A DNA stretch of 64,000 nt from Octopus vulgaris (GCA_951406725.2 OX597831.1:10850001-10914000), one strand, 5' to 3'. Shown: positions 39,001-53,696, numbered from the stretch's first letter. Notes: generated by a model not told the origin, from the sequence alone. Translations and numbers: made by a program.

Positions 39001-39805
39001 AATCATTCCTTCTCGCTTCTATTACTCTGCCACTCTGAATGTGTTAAAGTCCCCCTTCTTATATTTCTTCCCATTATTGGAACAGGGAATTGAGAAACAT
39101 TGAGATATCTGAAAATAAATTTTCTGGTATTTGTTCCACTTCTTTATTTTCTGCGTTCAAACCTATGCTGTTATCATTTTTGCCGTTTATTCTTGTGAGA
39201 TCGATAAAATAAAGCATCGGTGTGGTCGATGGAGTTATTAAGGGTCTCTCCCTCCAAAAACCCTGGCTTTGTTCTTAAATGAAAAATATACTCTGTTATT
39301 ATTACTTTGTTTCGAAATAGACAGGTACATTCCATGTAGTTCCTTTATGACGTTGTGAAACTATTTTAAAATCCCTTTTTTAATGTGCCCCTCCTTGGAG
39401 ACGATCGAGGATTAAACGCATAATTTTCGATCTGGTGATAGAGACGAAGAGAAAACGAAACAAAGAATACCCTTAGATGAAGCAGCTGTAATCCTTGAAA
39501 GTGTAAATATAAGAAATTTGAGCCTGTGCTGAAGAAGAAATCAGTTGTATATCGAATAACTTAATTTTGAAAAGTGTTGAGAAGTAGAGATTTTTCAAGG
39601 AGGATAAGTCCAATATAAGTGAAAGTGATTTTTCGGTTTTTGTTATTCAGCACCACATAAAGTTCCTCTAAGCAAAATTAAGGAAAATGCAGTCTGAAGG
39701 TCATGTCAAACATGACCTTCTTTTCTGAGAGAGTATTCTGTGATGATTTGAGGGGGTGTTTGACTACTCGTTTTTACATGCTTAGAAACCAAGTAGATAC
39801 TTTCT

Positions 39806-39992
39806 TATTTCTTTACTGCCCACAAGGAGCTATACACAGAGTGGACAAACGATGAGAGACAAACGGATTAAGTCGATTACATCGACCCCAGTGCGTAACT
39901 GGTACTTTATTAATCGACCCCGACAAGATGAAAGGCAAAGTTGACCTCGGCGGAATTTGAACTCAGAACGTAGCGGCAGACGAAATACCGCT
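39806..39992 (-). mobile_element. SINE family A, 5'-truncated
   Basis: 15-bp TSD AAGTAGATACTTTCT at 39791-39805 and 39993-40007. Confidence 0.92.
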
Positions 39993-40715
39993 AAGTAGAT
40001 ACTTTCTATATGTCTTTTACTTCTGAAGATTTTAGTTATTTAGCATCCGGTGGGTTTTCATTGAGAAAGCCAACGTGCAGTGCATGACTCCATGTTGTTT
40101 TCTGTGATAGTGTTGTTTTTTTCGGGGTACGAAGTTTGACTGATAATTTTAACATGTCAAGAAGTGATATAGAGTCTTCTAAGATGTCTTTATTTCTTGT
40201 CTCTTGAAGCAAAGAAACAACATGTCTATCTTTCAATCCAATTTTCTGTGTTTCAATTGATATAGTGAAAAAGAAGAAACTGGTCCTTGAGCAATATGTC
40301 GTAACATAACTGTTGACACCGTCATAAGTTTTAACAAAACCATAGGTATCAATCGCAAGATCTTACTCGGACGAGGCACCTCAACATAACTGTGATCTTT
40401 TAAAAGTAATGCAAGTTTTAAACAAGCCAACTATAAATGTTAAGGAAAGTAAGTTTTGAGTTTTCATACAACTGTAAGTCTTAACACGAGCATATATCTT
40501 AAGAGAGCCATAATTTTTCTTTCCTTTACAAAGTCAGAATTTTAAGTGAGCTGTAATTATTAAACTACACCTTATCAGAACTGAGTTTTAACAATTCCAT
40601 AAGTTTTAATAAAGCCGAAAGATATAGGAGGAACATAGATTTTAACAGAGCCTTAGGTTTTCACAAAGCTACTTTTCCGATACCCGATTTTTTGGTAGGG
40701 TGAATTTATTAATAA

Positions 40716-41097
40716 CTAGCAGTATCGCCCGGCGTTGCTCAGGTTTGTAAGGGAAATAACTATAAAACATTTTTAGAGAGTTATAGCCAAAAAATAGCAA
40801 AAAAATGGAAAAAAAATGATGGTAAATTTTTTTGAGAGTTAAAAAGGTGGAGTTGCGTCCCCTAGACGGTCTGTGGTTTGGGTTTCTGATTCTCGACCCC
40901 ATGTCGAATTTATCGATTTTTTTCAGAACTGGGGGAACTTTTCAAAATTTTCGCTGCGTTAGTTTTGAATTATGACATTGGGCTATGTGTGTGTCAAGTT
41001 TCATCAGAATCGGTTGAAAGCCGTGGTCAGAGTGAGGGTACGAGAAAACAGACACACAGAAAACGCACAGACAAACTGCCGTTTATATAGAGAGAGA
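40716..41097 (-). mobile_element. Complete non-autonomous Helitron (382 bp)
   Basis: Minus strand starts TC(TCTCTATATAAAC), ends with a GC-rich imperfect hairpin CCTGAGCAACGCCGGG then CTAG; inserted between A and T with no TSD. Confidence 0.85.
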
Positions 41098-41964
41098 TTA
41101 TAGTTCGGAAGCATAATCAATGTTATTTTCTGTAGCGGTTCAGAAGCATAAATATAGACTTTATCTGATTATTATGCTTTACTTGTTTGCTCGAAGAAAA
41201 AAATGGTTCCGTAATTTAGAAGGAAAGAATTTATTGAAATTGAAAAATTCAGAAGGAAAAAAAATTATAGCAGTCGCCATGTCTTAATATATAATAAGGT
41301 AATTAAGTAAATACAGCATGTGGTTTATAATTGCGCATAAAGCATATTGCAAGTTGGAAAGTAATATAAGAAAGTAACACATATTGAGAGAGTGAAGATG
41401 GTGTCTATGAAGGAAGGATAGTTTGAGCAAGAAAAAAAAAGAAGACATTTTGAGCAGATACAAATTCATTACAGATACCAACACAAATTTAGATGCGCTA
41501 ATACTAAAATATAAAATGAACGTTGATAGAACAGGCTTACTAATTAAATCGCCAAAGAATTCGTGTCACATTTTTGACATGATCGCATTGAGATTGTTTC
41601 TTTTTTTTTTTTCAACATTTCCTTTAAAATTTTTATTAATTTTTACGTTGTAAGGTATTTTAAAAAATTCTTTACAAATTACTTAATACTAATATAATTA
41701 AATTTCCGCCGATTTACCCTTTGAATGTGTGTTTAGATCAGAACCACGTCAGGCACTGGCTGACGTGCGAGTATGAATTCACAAAAGGGATCTCCAGAAA
41801 TGGAAAGAACGGGAACGCTCGTTCCGTCAATAGAAGCGAAGCTTACGTCATTAACAATGAGGGCAGAGATTACCCTAATTAAATACATGAATAAAGACCC
41901 GAGAAGCATTTGCTTTCCCCGACCCTCGTCTTAAAAGCCAACATGAATTTCTTCCCAGCCTAAT

Positions 41965-42168
41965 ACTGATTTCAAATTTTGGCACAAGGTCAGCTATTTC
42001 GGAGGAGGAAGAAAGTCGATTACTCAACGGGTACTTATTTTATCGACCCTGAAAGGATGAAAAAGAACGTCGTCATCGGCGGAATTTGAACTCAGAACGT
42101 GAAGATAGACAAAATGACGCTAAGTATTTCGTCTGGCATGCTATCGATTCTTCCAATTCGCTGCCTTA
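41965..42168 (-). mobile_element. SINE family A, older tail
   Basis: Reverse complement of the family A core and tail. Confidence 0.8.
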
Positions 42169-43337
42169 TTTCGAACCTAATATCGAAAAAAAGTCAATGA
42201 AAAGCAGATACAAGTATCCGGGATCACATTTGAATTAATTAGCAAATAAAGACATCCGCCAAAAAATTAAGATTTTTGGAAAATGGAATATGAGACAGCG
42301 ACACTTTCAGCCTAATTATAAGACGGCCACACGTTGTAGAGGCAGGTAGCTTAGTGGTTTGGAATTTGGGCTTATACTGTGGGTTGGAATCTCGCTCCGG
42401 GAAGTGCTGTTTGTTTTTTAGCCAAGTTCCTTATTTTACATCTCTCCTGCGGTTTACTCAGCTAGAAATGAATAATAAGTCCCAATGGCACATGGAGAGT
42501 TAAATCCACGATTGCCTGGCGATGCATGCAGTGGTTTGGTCCTGATTACTCGCCGTAGAAGACTGGAAAATCCGCTTAAACTCCAGCGTTCTCAACCCGA
42601 AACCTCGGGGCACACTTAAGAGATCTTCAAACAGAATCGTTTGAATAGTTGTTGAGTTTTCTGTGTGCCTACATTTTTTGATACGAAGTCCTTATATATT
42701 ACTGACATTGGATTTTTCCTATGCGGGCGAATCAGAAAGTTTTTAGAACTTTCTTGTAAAAACAGCACAAAACTTCATTTCGTGCAGACATAGTTGTCAT
42801 GACAACTAACGCTGATTAATCTTTAATGTCTACCCTCTGTAATTAAAAACAAAGGAAAGCGTGTGTGGTGTCATTTTATCTCTTGCACATTGGCCAAAAT
42901 TGTTTATAACGTTATGTTCAAAACTATGGAAAGAGTAAGTATCAATAGGACGGGCTACATTGGTGTTGTTATGTAGATCAGTTATCTTATCGAGATTTCT
43001 TGTATAAAATCAAAACATTACCACACATATACAGTGCCACTACGCATATGCATTTACACAAACAATCGCGCGCACACACACACACACACACACATATGCA
43101 TACGTATGTAAAACAGATTGTGAATTCGAGTTTATTGTTATTTATTAAAAACTTTTCATATTTTTTATGTTTAGTTTCAAACAATAACATTTCAATTTCA
43201 ACAACAAAAAAGAAATATGGAAAAAATTTAATAAAAACGATTAAATTCGATCATATTTGTGTTTCTTTTCTTTAATGTTTAAACGAAAATGTTTCATACA
43301 TGCATGTATGTGCTTGTGCGAGTGTACACACACACAC

Positions 43338-43401
<64 letters not shown>

Positions 43402-43836
43402 GTGTGTGTGTGTGTGAGTGGGGAGGGTGTATATGTATATATATTGAAACTGAAGGTGAGTTTGTCTCATGAATCGGGTTTCAAGTCACTGTCATCTTCA
43501 GGCGAGAACTTTTATAACTTTGTATTGGTGGCGTATTTATTTTGATGCGAGTATAGGTTCATGTGTATGTGTTGATCATTAGGTTTGCTTTCGCTGTTTA
43601 CCTTAATACTTTTACTCGTTTCGGTCACTTGACTGCGGCAATGCTGGGGCAATGATTTGAAGAATTTTAGTCGAACAAGTCAACCATCTACTTATCGTTT
43701 TAAGCCTGGTATTTATTCTATCGTTCTCGTCGTTTACTGAACTGCTACGTTACGGAGACATAAACACACCGACAGCGGTTTTATTACGGTGTTGGAGGAA
43801 AACATATTCACTCACATACACACACACACTTATACA

Positions 43837-43872
<36 letters not shown>

Positions 43873-44012
43873 GAGAGAGATAGACAGACAGACAGACAGA
43901 CAGAGATTGACAGACAGACAGAGAATAATTAAGATTCAGATTAATTAGGCGCTTAAATTTACGCACCAAGACAGTTCTGTATAGCCCGCGCAGCATGAAG
44001 TTAGATAAATAA

Positions 44013-44378
44013 CAAGTAAATAAGTAACAAGAATGTCCAGGTATTAATGCATTACGGCCGTTTCAAGCGTCTCCATTTAACTTGGGGATAAATAAAAGAG
44101 CCTGTTAAAATTTAGAAAGTATTGTAAGCTTTGGTTTTTCCCTAAATTCTTTTTGCCACAAACACATCAATGAGAAACAGTCTAAGTTGTTTGTTTTGTA
44201 GTACCGATGTACTAAAAAATGGTTTATATTTTATATTGGAAATCTATTTGTTCGTCTGCATCTGAGGAGAGCGATGTATTTCAAATTGATATAATGTTTT
44301 CATTCATCGATTAAATGGAGCTGCTTCAAACAGCTGTAATGCATTAATACCTGGAAATCCTCGTTTCTTATTTACTTG
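44013..44378. mobile_element. Fold-back element with ~68-bp inverted arms and a hammerhead motif
   Basis: Arms 44013-44080 and 44311-44378. Confidence 0.8.
44257..44343 (+). ncRNA. Type I hammerhead motif lacking G12 in this copy
   Basis: TGCAT-CTGAGGA-GAGC...GCTT-CAAAC-AGCT-GTA-ATGCA; the inverted arm keeps GCTT-GAAAC-GGCC-GTA-ATGCA. Confidence 0.7.
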
Positions 44379-45521
44379 ATACATACATACACACATACAT
44401 ACATATATACATATAAATATATATGTGTGTGTGTGTGTGTATGTATGTATTTGAATAGTAAGCAAATATTCTTTTTAAAAACCTTTTCATTTAATTTTTT
44501 CCAAAATTTAATTCTTTTCCATACTTACATTTGAAAAAGTCTCAATGACCGAAACCAGTACTGAAATAGTTTTTATAAAATTATTTTAGCATTTTCTACC
44601 TTGACTTTTTTCCATATATATATATACGACAGACTTCATTCAGTTTCTGTCTACCAACTCCACTCGAAAGCTTTTGATAGGCCGAGGGTATAGTAGTAGG
44701 AGACACTTACCAGAAGGTACCATGTTGTGGAATGGAATCAGACTAATATCACATCGCATCGAGGGCGCTCTTAATATACTAAGTAGTATAAGCATAAATC
44801 ACATATCCCTTAGCAGGTCCCTTAGCAATGGCTTACAATCACTTTTATATTATTCTTTCGCTGGTTTCAATTAACGGATTGCACACATGCTGAAGCCCCG
44901 CCCGCAAGTGGTTTACTTGACCATATCGAGCACGGTATTTCTTTCAGTCACGTACTTAATGTTATAAATCTATGTTTGACCAATTACTAAATAGCTAACT
45001 GTTTTAGACACAACGTTGGTGACTTTTAGAGCAGTAAATATACAGCTGTATAGAATAAGATTTATACTTTAACAAACACACAGGCATGCAGACTCGCACG
45101 TGTGTGTGTGTGTGTGATAGAAAGTGAAAGAAAGAGAAAGGGAAGGAGAACGTTTCATAATACATCATACCATCGAAATGAATCGCTGTTAACACGCCAT
45201 TAACACAAAAATACAAACCAGCTGCCAAGAAAGTATTATATATGCAAATTAGCTTTCCCAGTTTACTACAACCGCCACCATTTATAGAATGTTTAGTATG
45301 CCGAGCAATATGCTTAGCGGCGCTTTCGTCCGTTTGTAAGTTCAAATTCCACTGCGGTAGACTTTGTCTTTCATTCTCTTCGGGTCGATAAAATAAGTAT
45401 CTGGTGAGCACTGAGGTTGAAATAATCTACTAATCCCCTCCCTCGAAATTACTGGCTTTCTACCAAAATTTGAAACCAATGTTAAGGGATTCATAAGTCG
45501 TGAAGCGTTAAAAGTGAGGCA

Positions 45522-45570
45522 CGGTTGCTGACGAATATCCGAATGGTATCGAAATGGCCATACACAGCTG
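45522..45570 (+). ncRNA. Compact type I hammerhead relic
   Basis: CGGTTG-CTGACGA-ATATC-CGAAT-GGTAT(C)-GAAAT-GGCC-ATA-(CA)-CAGCTG; palindromic ATGGCCAT at stem III. Confidence 0.55.
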
Positions 45571-45809
45571 ATCCTACTTTTATATTTTCAAATTTCTGTC
45601 CGCACAAATTTTATAGAAATATTTCTCACATTAGTCATAATATACAGCGTCAACCTGATACTCTCTGCATAAGTTCTGTCATGTATTGCCAAATAATATT
45701 ACATACATACATACATACATACATACACATACATATATATATATATATTTATATCATTTGTAGAAAACATAAATCTGAAAAAAGAAACACACTCTAAGAT
45801 GTACAGCAG

Positions 45810-46003
45810 TATACGTTAAAAATGGGAAAGTCCGATTTATGGGATTACTTTAGGTTTCCTGTCCATAAAGGGTTTAGCTTTAAGGCGTATCGTCAGATCC
45901 TAAAAACAAATCTGTTTTAGCGGATCTGACGATACACCGTAAAGCTGAATTCTCTATGTTCGGGAAACCTAAAGTAAAGTGCATTCTCCATTTCAATATG
46001 TAT
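45810..46003. mobile_element. Fold-back element with CTGACGA...GAAAC-CTAAA-GTA hammerhead-like arms
   Basis: Core arms ~45845-45908 and ~45912-45977; minus strand GGAT-CTGACGA-...-GAAAC-CTAAA-GTA-ATCC at 45842-45900. Confidence 0.7.
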
Positions 46004-46288
46004 ATATATATATACAGAGAGAAAGAGAGAGAGTAGTTCTACTTTGAGCTCTAGAACGCATGAAGACGGTTACTCGGTTTCCATGACATAAAAGTGACCG
46101 AGGTCACAAGATTCCCCTTGAATGAGACATCGGTGTGTCTCAGGGTTAGTCACTTAGAGCTGAGTGGACTGGGGCAATTTGAAATGTAGTGTGTTGCTGA
46201 AGGACATAACGCACACGCCGGCGCAGGAATCGAAACTACGACATAACGATCCCAAACGCAACACGTTAACCATAAGTCCACACACACC

Positions 46289-46426
<138 letters not shown>

Positions 46427-47624
46427 GTGTTTGTGTTAAAGAAACGATGGATCGATTCCAGCTTGTGTGTTGGAAGGTGCTTCAACACTGGATTAATCTT
46501 TCCGGAACGCACATCTGGTTATGTTTCTATGGAAAGGCAAGAGCTGCTAAGTCTGGCTTCATAGTACCGACTTCTCCTGCTTCTGCCAACCGAATTCCAC
46601 TTAAAATGTATTGTTGAACCCGAAGCTCTATAGAATACTGACTCTGGCGCAGGGAGACCGAACCAGGAAATATTACCTGCAAAGCAAAACTTGTTAATCA
46701 CATTGTCTGCGTTTATTTCACATCGTTGTTTCGTCGTTAATTAGCTAAACTTAGATTGTTCTCAATTCCGTGTCTAAATAAATATTTCAAATATGATCTA
46801 TTAATTTAGGATACTTGAAGCATATTTAATAACATTTTCTTGCTGTTGTCTTGTAACATTCACTTATTCACATTTCGCTGGCTGTCTAGATGTTCGGCTG
46901 ACAAACCTTTTATAAATATTTAGCGTAAGAGAAATGATTTAAATTCCAAACATGCGTAGTTCATCTTTGCTGATTTCATTGATTTATTTAAATCCATGTT
47001 TCTCATTCCCTCCTGGTGTACATTTCTGTTTAATTATTTTATTTATATTTGATATTATTTTTACTTCATTTTCAAGTTGGTCGTATTAGATTCCGTTAAT
47101 GCAAATTAAGAAAAATCAATCAAATAATTAATTGCTAGTTTCACTGAATCAAGCGCAGTCATATCCTTTGGCGTGCATTTAATCAAGGTTTGTTAGCCGT
47201 CCGCCTAATTAAAAGTAAGTAACTATCCCAGTTGTATTATCTCACTAAAACACGCTGCATTATTCAGTTGGTTGAGAGCAAACGTTTATTATAAAAGTTT
47301 CTATCACTAATGAGTTGAGAATATGAATCCACTCTGTTAACCTAAGAAGTCACGAGCCAACCAGAGAACATCTAGGCGATTAGTTGATCTGCTAGAACTA
47401 GCAGCTAAAGCAATCCTAAAATCGTACACTGCCTCGTCAAAAAAGAAGAGATGCAACTCAGTTGTGCAATATAGTCCTCGATGAAGTCCTCGATGATATA
47501 CGAATGTTGGCAATTAAGATGGGGAGGGTCTATGAAAGCTGGAACGAATTTGATTATAGATATACTCATTTATGTCTGACCTGCGGCTAAAGAATGGCAA
47601 CATCAACAATTGGTTATTCAATTT

Positions 47625-47900
47625 ATGGAGACGTAATGGCACACTGGTTAGGGCAGCTGACTCGCGGTCGATAGATCGCGGTTTCTATTCCCAGACCGGG
47701 AATTCTCTTTCTGTTGTACCTGTATTTCAAAGGGGCCATCCTTGTCACACTCTGTACCATGCTGAATCTTCCCGAGAACTACGTTAAGAATACACGTGTC
47801 TGTGGAGTGCTCAGCCACTTGCACGTTAATTTCACGAGCAGGCTGTTCCGTTGATCTGATCAACTGGAACCCTCGTCGTCGTAACCGACGGAGTGCCACG
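47625..47900 (+). mobile_element. SINE family B, tail type 1, with the central domain deleted
   Basis: Head joined directly to tail 1; TSD ATTCAATTTA. Confidence 0.88.
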
Positions 47901-49313
47901 ATTCAATTTACAGAAGAACCAAACAGTTTCAATAACGAGCTACACCTAGTCCATGTCTGAAGATATGGTCTACATAATATACTAAGCGCACTATTCACCC
48001 CTTCCCTTACAAACGAAAATTATCTTTTTAAAATACTATTAACATTTTGTCAACTGTTGTTTTTAATGAAAGGAAGCAGCTTGACAGTAGGATAATGACG
48101 ACAACCATTCTTATTTTCTTTTCATTAATCTAAGCACAACGATGTGATTTTTTCCAGCTGTTCAACTTCATTCTTATCTGCAAAAGATTTTTGCTTTTGT
48201 TGTTGTTTTCTTCGCGACTTCAGTTAAATCAAAAGACGGATGACACTTTAAAAGCGCAGTCGAGATACGTATATTGCAGATTAGCATTGCAGAAAATTAA
48301 TTGGCTAAAATATTTCAAGTGTAAGACGAAGAATGAAGCATCTGTCAATTAATGATAATGATAATCTTTAGAAGGAAATTAAATCTATCATCCAAGAAAA
48401 TTTGATTCATTTCCAACGGTAGACATCGAATGTCTGTTCTCATTTTTGTTTTTTTTTTTTTGCTTTTGTTTTTGGTATGATTTAATAAATGGATATGCCG
48501 ATAATTATTTTAATACACATTACTGGCGTCAGTTAAAATTACTTTCTTAATTTACATTAGGGAGAAAGTGACGCAAGAGTTATACCAAACGTTGGTGAAA
48601 GCAAATATAAGATGTAAAAGAATATTTTATTACGTTGGTGTTATTATTGTGATGGATTATCCGAGGTCAGCCTAATTGAGCAGATCTTATAAGCAAAAGT
48701 ATTTCAGCCATGGATATGCTGTTGATTTTAAGATAAAAAATATAATATACCAAGAGCTGAGACGGTGATAATTGTTAGAGAATCAGATAGAATTCATTTC
48801 GCTGTTTCTTCCGTGTCTCTCTGATCTCAGTCGAATTCCACGGAGGTCAATTTTGCTTGTTTTCCTTTCGGAGTCGACAAATAGAATATCGATCTATTCC
48901 AAGAGTTGATCCTTCTTTCTCTCGCCCTCACTCTCTCTTTCTCTCTCTCCCAGATCCTCTCCCTATCTCATTGTTTTCTCTATCTCCGTGCTCTTTCTGT
49001 TTCTCTTCTCCTTCTCCCCACCCTCTCTGTCTCCCTCTCCAATCCTCCCTCTGTCTCTCCCTCCCTCTATGTCTCCGACTCATTCCGCTTCTTTATCCCA
49101 CTCTCTCTCTCTCTCTCTTTCAGTTCTGCATGTAATAGAAAGCTCCGGTCTTGTCACATTGTTTCATGCTGATTCGAGCCGGGGATTGGGTCGAAGATTA
49201 CCTGTGCAGATTCTGCAAAGAAATTCAATTCGTCAAACAACTGAATTCTTTCTTCCACCGACAATATCGTGCATTGAGTCCTTCCTTTTATCTAAACCTC
49301 TTGGTGTTATATT

Positions 49314-49638
49314 TTCATCCTTTAGGAGGAACAGTTGTTTGTTCCTTCTCGAGCCACGCCTGGCTCATAAGAGCCGGTTTCCCGGTTTTCTTGGCGTATA
49401 GGTGCCCCACCTGGACGGGACGCCGGTCCGTCGCAGGTGAGCTGCAAGATGCAGGAGGAAAGAGTTAGAGGAAGTTGTGGCGAAAGAGTCAGCAGAAGTT
49501 CGCCATTACCTTCTGCCGGAGCCGCGTGGGGCTTAGGTGTTTCGCTCATAAACACACACATCGCCCGGTCTGAGATTCGAACCCGCGATCCCTCGACCGC
49601 GAGTCCGCTGATCTAACCACTAGGCCATGTGGCTCCAC
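49314..49638 (-). mobile_element. SINE family B, diverged tail-type-2 subfamily
   Basis: TSD TTGGTGTTATATT at 49301-49313 and 49639-49651; tail similar to that of 22283-22600. Confidence 0.88.
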
Positions 49639-50347
49639 TTGGTGTTATATTGGTATATATTATGGCTATTACGAACAGGCCGAGCGATGCTTCGTTGAAA
49701 TGTCTCATTGGCTCGAAAACATTGTCATAGAAGGAAGAAGAGTTAAAACTTATTTATCATAACGGTAGGACGAGTTAATTAAACAGAACTTAATTATCCC
49801 TATAGCTTATAATATTAAGGCTTACTTGAATCATACATAGCATCTGAAAACGTTAGAACTGCACAAAATTACTTGCAACATATTCTTAACTCCCTCTGCA
49901 TTCTAAACGATCAATATTTTTCATATTAACTAGAATTATAATAATACAACAATGTAGATTCACAGAAATATCGGTATGTTTTAGAGGAATATTTGAAACG
50001 AATGAAATGCCAGAAATTGCTAAACCAAACATTATTTTCACACTGACGAAGTAAGCACAATAGAAGCAGTTAAATTATTGTGCAAAGAGATTGTATATAA
50101 ATTCATTCTCGGCATCAAGTGTGTGAAAATATTATATCGACTATCTTTCACACTAATAATACACTATCGTCTTTCAATTTCGCATTTAATCCATCATGTC
50201 ATACTTTTGGCTTTATGATGTAAATAGTGAGATTTTCCAGAATTTATGTAAACTACAATTACGAAATCCACTTCGCACGCAGGCTCTTATTAACACAATA
50301 GAAATATGAGAATGCAATCTACACACACATATATATGTATATATAAA

Positions 50348-50565
50348 GTGCCTAATTATATACATAGATATATATAGATATATATATATGTGTGTATATA
50401 TACACATGCGTATATACACACACGCACACGCACACACATATATATATATATATATATTCACGTGCCTAATTATATACATACATATATATATAAATATATA
50501 TATGTATGTATATATACACATGCGTATATACACACACACACGCACACACACACACACACATATCA
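50348..50565 (+). repeat. ~114-bp tandem duplication of microsatellite-rich DNA
   Basis: GTGCCTAATTATATACATA...CACATGCGTATATACACACAC at 50348 and 50462. Confidence 0.85.
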
Positions 50566-50799
50566 TGTGTGTGTGCATTTGTGTGTCTGTGAGAGTTTGT
50601 ATGGAACTGGATGTCAGAAACGTAGCTCGTCAAAGAACAACCAATGACGAAACAGAAGACGCACTGTTTTGAACTTCTATATGTGGTTATGTGTGTGAGT
50701 GTGTACGTGTATACATGCACGAATGGAGTGATCGATGAAAAACAAACATATATATATATATACATATGTATGCGTGTGTAAGTATGTATCTATTTATGC

Positions 50800-50861
<62 letters not shown>

Positions 50862-51036
50862 ATATTAGGGAATAAATCCAAATTTACAGGGAAAAATCAG
50901 ATTTAGGATTGAATCCAATTTTATAGTAAAATATAATAATAATAATTAGAGACAAAACCACTATTATGCAAATCAAACAAAGAAAGACTTAATCCAATAC
51001 ATAAAAATTTTATATAAATTAAAAATAATTAATAAT

Positions 51037-51097
<61 letters not shown>

Positions 51098-52696
51098 GAG
51101 AGAGCACTAAATAGTAATATTTATTTATTATTTTTTCTGTTACGACAATAACTGTCATATATGCCCGTCCGACATACAGACCCCACCAACAGCTAAAGAT
51201 ATCAAACAGACCTCATAATCGATCGAAAGGAAATAGGAAACCGTATTGAAATATTTGAGAACTGAATTAATTTTATGGATATTCCCGAAATGGATTTAAT
51301 TCCTTTGTATTTTCGGTATCAATTTAGGGATGCAATGAATATACGTGGAACAAGTAATAAACGTAATTCAATTGAGAACTAAAGCTTTTATCAAACGTTA
51401 CGTAAGTAGCAATTAAATTGCGCACTTGCATACAAGACGCGATGGCATCTTCATGCACGTGCATCATACATAGAAATTATATTAGAAATATTGCCTTGGA
51501 AATCAATCAACCAATAACAGCATCACAGAGAGTATAAAGATACCAGGTCCATCTATAACTGTTGTAAGATATATCTGTCAGTTAGAATATTGTGGTTTGG
51601 TCAATGAAACTGGAATGATTTCAAGGCTCGTCTCATACTTTACATTAATAACTTTCAACCGAGAAATAAATATTGGCGCAGAGAGAAATTTAAATTGATT
51701 AATTTTTTTTTTTAAACCTGATATCGTTATAAGAATAGAGGGAGACATGTTCTTATGCGGAAAATAGGTATTTAAAAGTGTCTAACTTAATCCAACAGCA
51801 ATCTTCGAAATTCCATTAAGATAGATTACTTTCAAGCTAGACATTACATTTAAAAGTTAATCAATTCGTTGAATTCTTCATCACCTATTTTTACTGAAGC
51901 GTGTTTCTTTTGTTCTTTAATTTAGTCTTGAGAAATGGCATGTCATACGACCTTCGAAGGTGACAGAGATCCATGTATATATTATTTGCTGAGAAACTGT
52001 TGGCAGAGGGGAATTTCAAGAAGGTTACAATTCTTTAATGAAATAAGCGAACGAAATGTTTGAATAGTGCGGAATTGAAAGGGGTACAATAACTAGGCCC
52101 TACAAACAGGAGATAATGAAAGCCTTCTGGTGAACTGGAGTGAACGAGCTCTTCTGTTTCACAGCTCATATGAACATAAGCCGTTGTAGCAGCGATGAAA
52201 AAGGAGATGGCATGAAACAGAATACAAGAAATTTCCTGCACAATCGATGAAAATATCTATTAGTATTATAAACGTGTATGTTCAATCAGCGACACCTTTC
52301 CTATACCTAAACTGGTTTAATAATTAAATATCCATGTGGTTTTATTCTGTGAGTGTACGTGTTCATTATCAGTGCCATCTGGGGGAGACATTCAAGAAAG
52401 GAACAATTTCGAGGGAAACTGGCTTTTAGGGCATTCGATGTGAAATTGCGTCTGTATATTGAAACAAAAGTAAATGGAGTGGGGTACACTAGGACTTCTT
52501 AGATATTGATGACCACTACGTTGATCTCTAAAAGTCAGTAACATTTGACGGGTCTCGCAAAACCCCGCAATCGCTTGAGAGAAGAGGATCGGAATTATGA
52601 CCTTTTTAAAAGAATAAGTTCTGGGGTCGAATTGCTCGACTAAAAGAGGTGCTCCAACACGGCCGCTGTCAAATTACTGAAACAAATAAAACAATA

Positions 52697-52735
<39 letters not shown>

Positions 52736-53389
52736 GATATAAACATATCTATATATACATGATGTATATATTTATATATATATATATATACATATAATTA
52801 TGCACATATATATATGTATATACATTATATATATATATATATACATTATATGTATATATATATATACATTAGCCCTTCAGAAGTTAAAATCCGGTCTGAA
52901 GTAAATTGATTTTCCGTGTATTCAACATTGTTCTTCTTCTGCGATTGCGTGTGAAAATATATCGATTTTACTATTTTAATCAAACAAAGCCAATGACGTA
53001 AGAGAAAAATCTATTATTTTTCCAATCTCAAGAGTACCCGCAAAATCGATAAATTATCAATAAGTACTATAAAGGTAAATTTCCAATCAAGGACACCTTT
53101 TCAATTGCCATACTGTTTAATGGTTATATATCAATATATTTAATTAATAAATGGTTTATCTTTCAGTTTTTACTTGTTTCAGACATAGGGAGAACGGCCA
53201 GGCTGGGGCACGGCTTTCAAAAGATTTATTCACACGAATCGATTCCAGTACATTGTTTATTATAATCTTTGTGCTTAGTCTCTTGCTTTCTAAGTTATGT
53301 AAACGTACACAAACTAACACCGGCAATGAATTGATGGCGCTGTACACACGCAAGCACAACGACACATACACCATATATTTTTGTCTTCT

Positions 53390-53696
53390 CTCTTTTACTT
53401 GCTTCAGTCATTAGACTGCGGCCATGCTAGGGCACCTCCTTGAAGCGGTTTTGTCAAATGGATCGACCACAAAACTCTTTTTTAAAGTTTGGCACTAAGC
53501 ATAACGCCCTCATTTGCCATCAGCTAAGTTACGGGAACGTAAACACACCTATGCCGGTTGTCATAAGGTGGTGGTGAACAAATACAGACACAAACATATA
53601 CGCGCACGCACACACGCAAACGCACACATGCGCACGCACACACGCCCACGGACGCACCATACAGCCATATATGTATATGAGTGAATATATATATAA

